Origin: Anthoceros angustus
Lineage: Eukaryota > Plantae > Anthocerotophyta
DNA length: 64,000 nucleotides
Assembly (NCBI GenBank): GCA_010909165.1
Contig: MU008158.1
Coordinates: forward strand, 1,699,478-1,763,477
Direction of reading: 5' to 3'
Shown here: in pieces, positions 1 through 11,707 of the stretch
How positions within the stretch are numbered: position 1 is the first letter of the stretch
Layout: the number at the start of each line of letters is the position of its first letter
Position numbers and translations under genes: made by a program
The notes under the pieces: model-generated
Seen by the model: only the letters and a program-made list of their open reading frames with translations
Told to the model about the DNA's origin: nothing
Databases searched by the model: none

Positions 1-935
1 AGATTATCCTTTTCCTGATACTATTTATTCCAAATATTGATTCCACAAGAAGGATCATAATTGTGCATGGAAAATAAATCGATTCAATTTCGAGTGTGCA
101 CCAAAACGTAAATTTTTGTTGTCCAGATTTTTATTATTAGTTATAAGCCTAGAAAGGCCTTTAAAAGGTTTTGGAGGAGAAGTTTTTACAAGAATTTTTG
201 TTTGAATAAAAATTACTAATGAAGAGTTTTAAAAATTAATTATCATGATAATATATATTATATTATATATATAATATAATATTTTGGTCGGAAAACGATA
301 TTGGTGACACCATGCATAGGGGACTTACATGTTAAACTATTGCATCCTTGTTACTATTGACCAAGTCTCTCCTAGACACAAAACACATGTGTGTTTTCTT
401 ATGCGTATAATATCAGGAAAGTTTAGGTTACTAGCAAAAGGAATAGGGAATATGCTTTAGGTGAAGATCTTCTACTAGTTCGTAAAGGTTCAAGCGGATG
501 AAGCACAAGTAATAAGCTTTCTGCTCTAGTTATAAGCTTTAGGTTTTATATTACTAGTCTTTATCCATTTAACCATTTTTTATATATTTTATGATTGTAG
601 AAAAAAGCATAAAACATACATAATCCATAAATTCCTTCTTTTCCACAATCCATGTTTTGACTAATTATATAAATATGTCTTCCTATTTACAATAGTAATA
701 TATCTATAAAAGTTTTTAGGGATAAACAAACCCAGCTGAAGCTCAAAAAAAGAAACAAAATCATTTTAGAAAAGTGAAACTCACTTATGAGATTTACGGG
801 TTAACATAAGGAAGGTGAGTCTTGCGATAGAAGACTACGATCTCGGTTCTCCTGTCTCCGTTCCAGCATGGCTGTAAGGGCCTCCTCCTGGAAAGGAAAA
901 GCTCCAATCCTCTTTCGAACTCGGAAAGTGAACTT

Positions 936-1498
936 TCATACCTGGCTGCTGCATCCTGCCCACTTGCGTTTTCTGTTGCAGTCGTCTTCTCCCGCTTCCT
1001 GGAAGCTGCAAACGACCAATGACCAATGTAGCTGTATGTTACTCCAGTCCTCTGAACAGGATGCTAGGGGACAGGACATCCACCATTCTGCTAGAGAACT
1101 GGGACGGTGCCGAAAATGTGTGTTGCTACCTGGTGTTGACAGACGCATAACTGCAGGAAGGGACAATAATTGGAAGAGTATTCAACTGCAGGAAGGGACA
1201 ATAACCGGAAGAGTATTCAACGGGGTTGTGTTTCTGATATGGAAGTGAATTTGTGGGTGAACAAAGGTCCAGCTCAATACCTAGGAGACATCGAGGCCAA
1301 ACTATGGTCCAGCACCAAGGATGAGTCGTCCATGCTGCTCTTGCAGCTACATTGTCATCAGGAACATAGTGAGAAAAAACGACCATGAAGGCAACACGCA
1401 ATTTCAACTGCCTTTCGATGGATACTAAGTGGTTACCCGCAGCCACTGCCGCAGCGACAGTCGGCGCAAGAGCAGTTAGAATTTCCGCACCCAGACAT
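936..1498 (-). CDS. Metallothionein-like protein (4 exons: 1498-1437, 1346-1281, 1150-1130, 1005-936; ~72 aa)
   Basis: Manual splicing with canonical GT-AG phase-2 introns gives MSGCGNSNCSCADCRCGSGCGCKSSMDDSSLVLDHSLASMSPSYASVNTSFQEAGEDDCNRKRKWAGCSSQV*. This is an N-terminal CxC-rich domain plus a Cys-free spacer, as in plant MTs; the C-terminal Cys domain is eroded. Confidence 0.75.
1149..1218. repeat. 35-bp tandem duplication in an MT intron that duplicates the splice acceptor
   Basis: aactgcaggaagggacaataattggaagagtattc followed by aactgcaggaagggacaataaccggaagagtattc. Confidence 0.9.
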
Positions 1499-2681
1499 GT
1501 CTACCGACCGAGCCAACACCGTAGCAGAAAAGAAGGCGCTGAAGTTCCAAATGCTGAGGCATATCGTTCGTCTCAGTCAGCCAATTTTTAGGAAGGAGGT
1601 GCGTTGCTCGTCGCGGTTTTGTAGTACAATCCTGCAGTGTAAGGCACGAAACTGGCATGTGTAGTACACTCCTCCATGCCAGCTTTTTCGGTGTTCGCAG
1701 CTTACGAGTATCCGAAGTATCTGAAATCAGTAAACCAATGTTAGTCAGCTGCGCGTATGTGAGAATGCTGACCCGCATCAAACAACCCAGCTATGTGTAC
1801 TGCTATACTACTTTTGTACTACACGCTAGATAACCTCTGCAGCAATTTGGCTGAAATGTGGGTCATGTCCATCCAGCCTCGGACCTGATTCAGCCATTTG
1901 CCCACTAATACCATTTTGGAATCAGGATAGTGGGTGCATCACTGCATGTGTGCATAGGTGTTGACCACGTTATCATGATTCATGCCCCAATTCATTGGGA
2001 ATTTACGAGACTACTAGAGAGTCGCTCGTTTGTGAAGTGTTGGTCCATAACCGGACATACATTGATCCTATCCATGTGACAAAACCAAAATCTACTGCCC
2101 CTTTAGGATGGGATTCTACCCCCAGCTAGAAATTGAATGATAATATGACGTTCGGATACGTCACATACATCACGAGACTCCCCGAAGTGACCATAGTGCA
2201 CACAAATACTACACATCACGTAGAGCAACCTTATCGACCAGCAGGTGTCTGTGCCGTAGTACTACCAACACAGCAAACTTCTATGAAGTTGATAAGCGTA
2301 AGTGTCCATTATATCAAGTAAAGATACTGTCCAGATAAAGGGCTGTCTCCAAGTGCGACCTCAAGCAGTCGTCAGGTGCTTGGTGAGTTTCTGAGATGCA
2401 CACCGTCAATACTATCAATTACCAGTAGAGAATCATTGTTCTGAAATACAGAAGCCAATCTTTAGTTCAGCGGAGCACAATACAGCACCGATTAGTGCTC
2501 GCAAACAAGACAATTAAAAACGAGTTCAATCATGTGTGCCTTGCAAGATACCAGATACAAGAGACCCCCCCAAAGGTTGAAATATTTGAACTTACAGGAC
2601 AGAGTCACTTCCTTGTGCATGTAGGGTCATCAACTAAGTTGACACAGTTTGCTTGGCTGAGCTTCAACGAGATCATCCCCA

Positions 2682-3509
2682 TCATTTGAAATATCTCACC
2701 ACACGTCGAACATGGCGAGAGGAAGGCTCCTGAAGAGCTAACTCCAACTCTGCGCACACCGCCTTCAGAGTGGCATAGTCAGATTCCAGAAATGTCCCCT
2801 TGCAGTCACCGTCATTGTGAATTTCAGCAGGGAGCTCGCTTGACGGTGAGCTGCTTCCTTGCTTCGTCAAAAGACGAAGAAAGAAGGAAGGGGACGCCTG
2901 ACTCCTCAAATGTCTACTCGCAACCTGTCACACCGCATCCACGACAGCACGTGTCAGGTTCAGGTGTCAACGAACTACAAGAAACATGGGTATATGCTCC
3001 ACAGTTGGCTCCACTGCTCACTGTGCAAGGTTCACCTGGACATCAAGTCGCCAATCCAGACGTTTGTACGATGGCAGCTCCAACTTAGAAATTGCAACAA
3101 CATCCCTGATCCGGCCTTTCCTCAGCACAAAATATTGTGCCAAAGCCTCCCCTGCAACTTGCTCAAACCCCAAATCCGCAAGCAGCTCCAGCATTTGCTG
3201 GCCTGCGAGATCAGACCGAGCGGCCGTGGTGAAGATGCTGCAGAGGGAACTGACTCCCTGGTCGACAGCCTCCACCTTAACACCCAATACCTTTGCAGCC
3301 TTGCCATAACCTTTGGCAGCACCCTCACCCTTCAGAATGACCTCCACTGCCATTCTTGCGAACTCCTGAGCCACTGCCACCAAAAGACGTCAAGAGCTAA
3401 TGTCGCTCCCTGGAATTTCAATCTGGCATCCAAGCTTACCAGATGCCGGGGCCGCGAAAAGGAACGAGGCATCCTGAGCCGGCAGCTGCAGCGGTGGCAA
3501 GGTCGTCAT
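2682..3509 (-). CDS. COMMD2: COMM domain-containing protein 2 (Commander/CCC complex), 3 exons
   Basis: Spliced product MTTLPPLQLPAQDASFLF...VAQEFARMAVE...LPSYKRLDWRLDVQ|VASRHLRSQASPSFFLRL...LESDYATLKAVCAELELALQEPSSRHVRRVVRYFK matches the COMM domain (WRLDVQ.ASR..R) and the COMMD2-type C-terminus. Confidence 0.88.
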
Positions 3510-3823
3510 GGTCCTTCCTACTCTACGATATTTTCAGAAACTCGAGGTTGAGAACTTGGAGCTAGATTGAAAAAACCTACATACATACATGCATTTGTGT
3601 AGCAATATACGATGGGCTACCGGTCAGAAAGCATTACCGGTCAGTAAGCATTACCGGTCGGCTGACTGCCGCGAAGCTCCCGGACTCGGCCCACTCCAGT
3701 CTTTCCGAGTCCCCTGACGCTCAACAAGGGAGGACTTCCAGCTTCGTTATCGTGTTGTCCGGCGGAGCTCAGCATTGCGTGGCGCCGCACCGCAGATCTG
3801 GTTCGCCTCAATATTGTGAAGCC
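3510..3823. promoter_or_regulatory. Short bidirectional promoter/5'UTR region between COMMD2 and AP-2 sigma
   Basis: Divergent ATGs lie ~314 bp apart; the region contains three copies of TACCGGTC(A/G)G (~3618-3661). Confidence 0.6.
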
Positions 3824-4922
3824 ATGGTATGGCTGGTTCCTGCATTCGGTGATTGCGGAATGTAGGGGAGGTTGTGTCAATCACCTGATTTTTTGTGCTA
3901 ACCTTGTGATTCGTTCAACACTTCCGATCTGTGCAGATTCGCTTCATTTTGCTGCAGAACAGACAGGGCAAAACGCGGCTGGCAAAGTACTATGTGCCAC
4001 TGGAAGACTCGGAGAAGCACAAGCTTGAATATGAGGTTTGTTCCTTTGCTGCCACGGATTGTCGGTTCAGGGTCCCGACTTGTCCCTTCGAAGTATGACT
4101 GTTGTATTCCGGGCAGGTTTCCCGCCAAGTCGTTGTAGGTTTGTAGAACAGATGCGCCAAGTATGTTTGCCAGATTGTAGCTTGAACCCTAATTGTGAAG
4201 AACGAAGGTTTGGTCTCCAGCTGACCATTGCCGTGGACTCAGGTGCACAGATTGGTGGTAAACAGAGATCCCAAGTTCACCAACTTTGTAGAGGTTGGTT
4301 GTGCCACGTTCAGATTTAGTTGCAGCAATCTGTGATGGCCCTCAGTTTAGAAATTATGCTTAGGCACAGTTGCCTTTTGTCTGGAAAATGTTTTATTGAT
4401 GCAGAAGAACCTCATGAGCTGATTATTGACGGATGTTGCGTGCAGTTCCGAACGCATAAGGTGATTTATCGAAGATATGCAGGATTGTTCTTCTCTATGT
4501 GCGTGGACATAACTGACAATGAGCTGGCATACCTGGAAAGCATTCATCTCTTTGTGGAGATCCTTGACCATTTCTTCAGCAATGTTTGCGAACTGGACCT
4601 GGTCTTCAATTTTCACAAGGTCCTTCATCCTTCTGATGGTATCTCATTTTCCAATGCTTTTCCTGCCGTTCTTGTTATGCTTGACTCGTGTTCCTGTTCT
4701 TCCTACGATGTGGAATAGGTTTACTTGATACTGGATGAGTTCATCCTTGCTGGGGAGTTGCAAGAAACCAGTAAGAAGGTGGGTCTCATAGGCCGTCCAG
4801 TTCATCAGTCGTCGGCTTATCGGCTGTTGTCATCATGTGTGCTTCATGCGAAGTTGAACGTGCGACCGTTGTTCGTGCAGGCTATCATTGAAAGGATGAC
4901 CGAACTGGAGCGGCAAGAGTAG
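3824..4922 (+). CDS. AP2S: AP-2 complex subunit sigma (AP17), multi-exon, ATG-only first coding exon
   Basis: M|[33 protein letters not shown]|[17 protein letters not shown]|[58 protein letters not shown]|[20 protein letters not shown]|[13 protein letters not shown]. Confidence 0.95.
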
Positions 4923-5561
4923 TGCAGGCAGTGGCATTGTCGTTTGTAAAATAACTTCATTCATTCCTTGCGGTCTCACTTTTTACTGTCGCACCCAAGG
5001 TAATTGGTAGACTACTCTGAGAGCTAATGCGGCTCGTCTCGGAGTTTCTGGGGACAATGTGACTTACCACAGACGTCGCAATGTGTCATTGGAGAACATT
5101 CTTTTCACGCGTCACGCACGTTCGTTTGCCGGGCTCCAGTCCATCGTGTGTAAGTGAAAGTATTCCGGCCGGTACTAACGCCCTCTAGCAACCACCGTAT
5201 TTGAGACACCTACGTTGATACACCTACCCATCAGGCACCCCGCAAAGTAAAATACTTTGTAAAAGTCGATATTAAATATATATATAATTATATAAACGCA
5301 AAGTTTACAATTAATGCACATAATTTTTAAGCCACATATAAAAGTAATTATTCTTTATGGAATGGATATATATATTAAGTACGGTGCCTTGGTTTTCACT
5401 AATCTCTCTAATCCCATGAATGAAAACCAATGTCTCTAATCCCATGAAGCTGATTCATCTTCAAGTTGTTTCTTATCGTGTTGTTTAACAGTAACTTTGA
5501 TCCTTTAGTAGTAACCTAGAAGTGTTTAGCAGCAACCTTAGAAGTGGTTAGCAGCAGCCTT

Positions 5562-5625
5562 AGAAGTGAGGTCATGCAGAAGTGAGGTCATGCAGAAGTG
5601 AGGTCATGCAGAAGTGAGGTCATGT
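5562..5625. repeat. 16-bp tandem repeat (agaagtgaggtcatgc) x4
   Basis: Directly visible; preceded by degenerate ~22-bp tagcagcaaccttagaagtg units. Confidence 0.9.
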
Positions 5626-7087
5626 ATTTGTGATATATATTCATTCATGATTTATACTGAAATCAAATTTACTAATTAATATAAAATTTATACTTCACAG
5701 CTTTGAAAATAAATATTTTAAAATAAAATTATCTTTTAAATAAAATAATTTTGAATAATATCTATTTATGTCTTAAACGTAGGCCAACTACTTGGGCATC
5801 TTTCATAATACGGGTAGGTAATAATAATAATGGTGCCGAGCCATCGTAGATTTTTATTATATTTTCTACGGTACATGTTTATCATATAAAATGATTAGGT
5901 GTTATTCTGGGTTAATTGTTACTTGCCCATGTCGTAGGACAGGGAACCGACGTGGTTGTGTGTAACGGAAAGTGAGAGTAAATGTCTTCTTTTACTTGGT
6001 CATGTCGGGCGGGCTGCCTTGAACGCTGTCCTCGCCATTTCTTCCCTTGCACCGCTGCTCTTGTCAAAGCAAGTCGTTGGAGACCGAATGCGGAGCAGGA
6101 CTCGTGCTGCGTGCTTCCAATTTCAAATGATTCAGCTGGGCCGCTGCATCTCGTGACTCGCGCTCCTTTCCACCCGGCTTCATCGGCGCTCCCAGTCGCC
6201 GGCTCACGTTGCGAGGTCAGTCTCTATGTTGGGAACACGAGCAATTTCGACTGGGCCTTAATTCTTGTATCTCCCCGATGCACGAGCTGGACGCCACGTT
6301 TTCTCTGCTGCCAGATCTGTGCTGAGACAGGAGTTCAGCCCGTTGTTGCATGCTGCTTTCAATTCCCCTTCTTCTGTCACACGGAGGGAGCTGTTGTTTG
6401 ACACGTGAGGCCTCGTTGAAATTCTGTGCACCAGCCGTACTGTCGGATGGCAGGCGATGAGGCCGAGTTAGCTAGCTTGTTGCGCTTTCGAGATGGATGC
6501 TAGAAATCCTCCTCGAATGCTTGTGCTTCGCCTGTGTCTGATTTTCTGCTAAACTTTTTGATTCAGTGAGCGGATCTGTTGGTCGGAGTAGGTTGCGTTC
6601 ACTGCCACCCTTGTTTCAGCCTTCTGGTGCAGCTGTTATGAGCGTCCGTGACTTACTCTCCTCGTAGCAGGTCAGCCAGGAATTTGCCACTTTGTTTTGC
6701 CCTTTGCCAGCCGCAGCCTAGGGATCTGGTGGTTGGAATTCCTGGACTCGTTCTTTTAGCGGGTGACGGTGCCTCCACCTTGTGCTGACCATGAGCTCCA
6801 TGCCAACTGGGGGGGGACTGCTCAGGACGGATCGATTCCGGCGGTGCTGGTGCAGGTGTGCACACCGAGCTGAGGCGATGAAACGCTGTGAAGGAGGAGT
6901 GGTCATGTTTTTTGACAATGAAGGCCAGCAGGGTTAAGCGTCGTCTGCCCAGCTCAATGATGTTATCTGGGCTTACTTTACTAGCCCGATGAGAAGTTGC
7001 CAGACTACCTTGGATATGGTGAGGTGATGTTCAGTAACAGCAGATTGGGTCGTCCTCAGTCCCAATTGTCTTCTGAACTCCCTTTTC

Positions 7088-8787
7088 ATGCCTCATCTTC
7101 ATCATTCTGTGGGGCGGAAGAGTGAGAGGATGGAGAAGACCAGGTCCTCCTCCCTCGGTTCTCGGTGTTTCTTAATGGCGTTTGCAGCATTGGTTTGGTG
7201 GTTTCTTTTTGTGTTCCATTTCTGGGTCCTGGGCACTGAGAGAGATGCCACATTATCCTCCTCAAATGGCTATGCTTATAAAGACCTGACTGTCTCTCCT
7301 TCAAGAAATCATGTGACACCAGCTTCTGCAAGTTGGCTTGCAGCAATAAAGAGGTCAATGGAGAAAGGCAGCAGCCCGTTTGATCCATGTCGGGGACGCT
7401 ACATACATATGCACAAGATTCCAGATGTCTTCAATGTGGACATGCTGCAAAATTGCCGTAATCTTAGTCTGTGGACAAATATGTGCAAGTACCTGGTAAA
7501 TGATGGTTTGGGACCTCAAATCCAGGACAGTGACGGTATCTTTCCTACCAACGGATGGTTTGCAACTAACCAGTTTGCAGCCGAGGTTATATTTCACAAT
7601 CGGATGAAGCAGTATGTTTGTCTCACAGAGGACGCTGAGAAGGCAGCTGCATTTTACGTTCCCTTCTACGCAGGTACTGAATTAGTTGCAATTGTAGGAA
7701 ATAGGTGAGTTTTTTCTATCACCCTTTGAGTGCGACGGTGCTTGTGTCTTGCATGGCAGGTTTGGATATATCGAGATATCTTTGGGGTGCAAATATTACG
7801 ATGAGGGACAAGGCATCACTTGAGCTAGCAGAGTGGCTGCAGAACCAGCAAGCGTGGGCCTTGTTGGGTGGCCGGGACCATTTCATGGTGACTGGTAGGA
7901 TAACCTGGGATTTCAGGAGGGAGACAGAGAAAGAATCCGACTGGGGCAACAAACTGTTGAATCTGCCGGCAACACAGAATATGTCGGTGCTCTTGATTGA
8001 GAAGAGCCCCTTTCACACAAACGATTTTGGCATTCCTTATCCTACCTATTTCCATCCCTCAAAGGATGCTGACATCACTCAGTGGCAGGATCACCTGAGA
8101 CAGATCTCAAGGCCCAACTTGTTTGCATTTGCTGGGGCATCTAGGCCAGGTATATCTTCATCCATCCGGGGCCAGATCCTGGAGCAGTGTTCAAAGAGTA
8201 ACCGTTGCAAGCTGCTGGAGTGCCCAAAGATGGAGAAGGTACCAACTGTATGCCACAAGCCGAGCACAGTTATGAAGCTCTTCAAGGAATCTATCTTCTG
8301 TTTGCAGCCTCAAGGAGATTCTTTCACACGGCGTTCCATTTTCGACTCCATGTTAGCTGGGTGCATCCCTGTGTTCTTCCATCAGCATTCGGCTTATTCA
8401 CAGTATATATGGCATCTGCCTGAAAATCACAGTCAGTATTCTGTATTTATTCCGGAGGAGGACATCCGTGATCAGCATATCAAAATTGAGGCTGTCTTGG
8501 CACAGATTTCACCTCAGCAAATAGTTACGATGCGCAATGAAGTGATAAAGCTCATTCCTGGGCTGACTTATGCTGATCCAAGACATAGGTTGGAGAGCAT
8601 GAAGGATGCATTTGACATCGCTGTAGACGCCATGGTTAGGAAAGTCAACCTCCTCAAGACCCGAATTTTGGAAAGAGGTGGGGAAGATGGTGAGGAGTTG
8701 GACAGTGAGAATGATGGACGGATGCTAGGGAAGGACCAGAACACATTAAGGCGTTGGGAAGGTGACCGCAGAAGCGGCGAGCACTGA
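7088..8787 (+). CDS. Exostosin/GT47 xyloglucan galactosyltransferase (MUR3/KATAMARI1/XLT2-like), 2 exons (intron ~7674-7759)
   Basis: N-terminal TM helix, DPCRGRYIHMH, WFATNQFAAEVIFHNRM, FYVPFYAG|LDISRYLW, GGRDHFMVTGRITWDFRR, FCLQPQGDSFTRRSIFDSMLAGCIPVFF. The start may instead be the ATG at 7130. Confidence 0.93.
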
Positions 8788-9449
8788 GGCTGGCCCTTGT
8801 TTTGTGGTCCTGTTCTACGTACGCGTCGCCTATTTGGCCAGATGCTGCACACACTCTTGGTAGGTGCAAGGCCATCTCCTTTTTCCACATTGAAACCGCT
8901 CCCCTCTTCAAGAAACTGAGATCTCGTCTATGACCAGTCCAGGTGACGGATGCAAGCTCTACTACGATCCAGAGTTGCCTTGCAATATCAACGGGTGCCA
9001 TACCCACTATCTATCCGCTATGACTGCTGGCTCATAGAGTGACCGCTCCAAGATGCCGACTTATTTAACTTGCGGGTTCAGCAGACAAGTGTCCAACTGC
9101 CAACTGTGTTAACTGTTGGTCCCTCGAATGTGAAGGATCGTTCCCTGGCCACGGTGTGTGCTGCTGTCAGACAGTGGGTGAAACCATCTTTTTTACAACA
9201 CCTGAACCTGCCGGAGGCACGCACTTTAGAATATCTGCCAGACACTTGCCGCAAGCTGCTATGCAGGCCGTACGTCACACGTTCAGGTAGTTGCTGCGCA
9301 AAGCGTCCACCGTAGGTACAGGATGGCCATTGTCTTGTCATCAGAACAGTATGTGGGGTTTGAGATACAGAAAAGGCACCACCTAGCTACAGATCGCAGC
9401 TACCTACAAACATGGGCGCCGGGAGGAAAGTGGTGTGCCTGGGCTGACG

Positions 9450-10864
9450 ATGGCAGCGCTCCGGATGTGTGTCACAACCAGCTCCGGCCTGCAAAAGGAG
9501 ATGGCAGGCACCATCGCCGGCACCGGCAGCGGTGCAGTGCACTTGTCCACTTCCTTCGGGAGCCTGGCGGTGGCGAGCAACTCGGCAGCTAACATTTTGC
9601 GCAGCGACCCCAAGTACTCCAAGTTGGATGACTACGTGTGGAGGGAGGAGGACAGGCCTCGTGTCCCCCACGACGCCTTCTGCGAGGAGTCGGATCTGCC
9701 GTGCTTCGACCTCTCGGTGTTCAGATCGGGGGGGATTGCAGGAGATGGTGGCAGAGAAGCGGCTCTGCGGAGGCTGGTGGACGCCACCAAGGAGTGGGGC
9801 TTCTTCCAGGTGAGCAACCACGGGGTGGACCTATCGTTCATCGAGAAGGTGGAGGGGCTGGGTCGCAGGCTGTTCGCGTTGCCGCCGGATCGCAAGCTCG
9901 CCGCGCTGTGCAAACCCCTGACCTCGGACGGGTACTCTTGCGGGGCACTGGGGTCCCCGCTGATGGGCGCCCAGGACCAGGACACGAGGGTGCAGAACAT
10001 CAGCTGGATGGAGTCCTTCCATTTCCCTCAGACTCCCGAACTCATCCAGAGCTGGACAGACCTCTTGTTTCCGGGCGGGAACGAGGAGGTGAGGTGAGTG
10101 AGCCCCGGCCAGTCTCTCCACTCGGTTTCACATTCCCATGTGTGCTGTAGTGAGATTCCTATGTGTGACCGTTATAGGTCTGGCGTCCAGTCCTACTTCA
10201 CAGTGATGGAATCCTTGGGGAGGGAGGTGCTGGAGCTGCTGCTGGAAGGGCTGGGCTGCACGCCCCACGCCCTCACCCGGACCCACGGCAAGAGGAGCGA
10301 GCTCAGACTGGGGCTGAAGCTCAACCTGTACCCGCCCTTCCCCAGCCCCGACCTCACCATGGGCCTGGTGCCCCACGCAGACCCTGGCCTCATAACCATC
10401 CTGCACCAGGACCAGGTGGGAGGCCTGCAGATTAGCAAGAATGGGCAGTGGATTGCCGTCCGTCCTAAGCCAGGCTGCCTCATCCTCAACGTGGGAGACT
10501 CCATGCAGGTGTGTGCTACCACTACCACCACCACCACCGCATCCCCTGTCTTCTCCTTTATAATCTTGCAATGCCATGAACCAGTAAGTAACTTTGCCTC
10601 CAACCTTGGCAGGTTTACAGCAACGACGTGTACAAAAGCGTGTGGCACAGGGCGGTGGTGAACAGCTCCCAGGAGAGGTTCTCCATGGCCCTCTTCATAC
10701 GGTCCCCCATGGATGCCGTCCTCGCCCCTTTGCCCGAGCTGCTGCTCCAAGGCCAGCGGCCTGCGTACAGGTCCTTCACCTATGCTGAGTTTCGGAAGGC
10801 TAACTTGGAGAAACCGTTCGGAACCGTGGACAATCTGGCTCCGTTCCGCGCACCTTGTACATGA
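9450..10864 (+). CDS. 2-oxoglutarate/Fe(II)-dependent dioxygenase (DOXC class, GA20ox-like motifs), 3 exons (to 10093; 10178-10508; 10613-10864)
   Basis: DIOX_N motif (WGFFQVSNHGV), HxD motif HADPGLITILHQDQVGGLQ, distal His in WHRAVVN, RxS in RFSMA. Start codon uncertain. Confidence 0.92.
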
Positions 10865-11199
10865 ACAGGAAAGGGGAAGGTGACCCATTGCTTTATTCTC
10901 GGTATAGAAAATATAACATGTCCGCTCGTGCACCAAGTTGGTGAAGGTAGGCCCCGTGGAGTTCCAGCTCGCGGGGGGTGTGACGCCTTTACACGGAAAA
11001 CATGTTCAAGCAGCACATGCGAGTGAGTAGGTGCACGCCTGAATATCGTCGTCTAGAGCTAGCACCCCACTCGTGGCCATTGATTTGTACTTGATTTACT
11101 GAAGAGAAGCGTGGCAGATGGGTACGGTGTGGGTGTTTTCCATTGTGCAATTTTGAGGGGAAATGCGGGCGGTGCTTCATGATACATATACTAGCTTGA

Positions 11200-11320
11200 A
11201 GACATATGCGCAATGGTTTGAAGCATTGCAAGGCATACACTCCGTTGTAGGGACTGTGGATGGTAGTCATATCCCAATTATTGCACCTCACAAAAAAACT
11301 GCTAGATCACTATTGTTGGC
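11200..11320 (+). mobile_element. PIF/Harbinger (HARBI1-like) DDE transposase relic
   Basis: FEALQGIHSVVGTVDGSHIPIIAP resembles the G.IDG.HIPI..P first catalytic-Asp motif of Harbinger transposases; short fragment only. Confidence 0.6.
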
Positions 11321-11707
11321 CAGCCACTGGACGATCGGTCGAGCGCATAAAATATGGAAGGCTTCGAGAAAAGGGCCTGGAGGCTGGGGTCCGCAGTCCG
11401 TCGACCGGTCGCTGTAAACCCCTCCAACTTGTATGCATGTACGCCGGCTGCCGGCAAAGGGGTGCACGTTGCACGGAGAGGAGTTTGGTCAAAATATACT
11501 AGGGCTTATCTTCGTAAAAAACAAAGATACACTAACACTACTCAGCAAGTCGGTGGGGATTGAGGATTTCGGAGGCCGGCCGGCCGGCCGGCGCCCGAAC
11601 GGTGTTCACGCTTAGCATTTCAGGACTCCCATATCGCTCTCGCTCTCGCTCTCGCTCCAGGCAATCGAGCGACATTGTCGCTACGCAGGCTCTCGGAAGA
11701 AATCGAC

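Noticed and set aside
5950-7087. Possible conserved uORFs in the long GT47 leader (e.g. ATG at ~6878)
   Set aside because: Leader and intron structure unknown; conservation cannot be assessed from this sequence alone.
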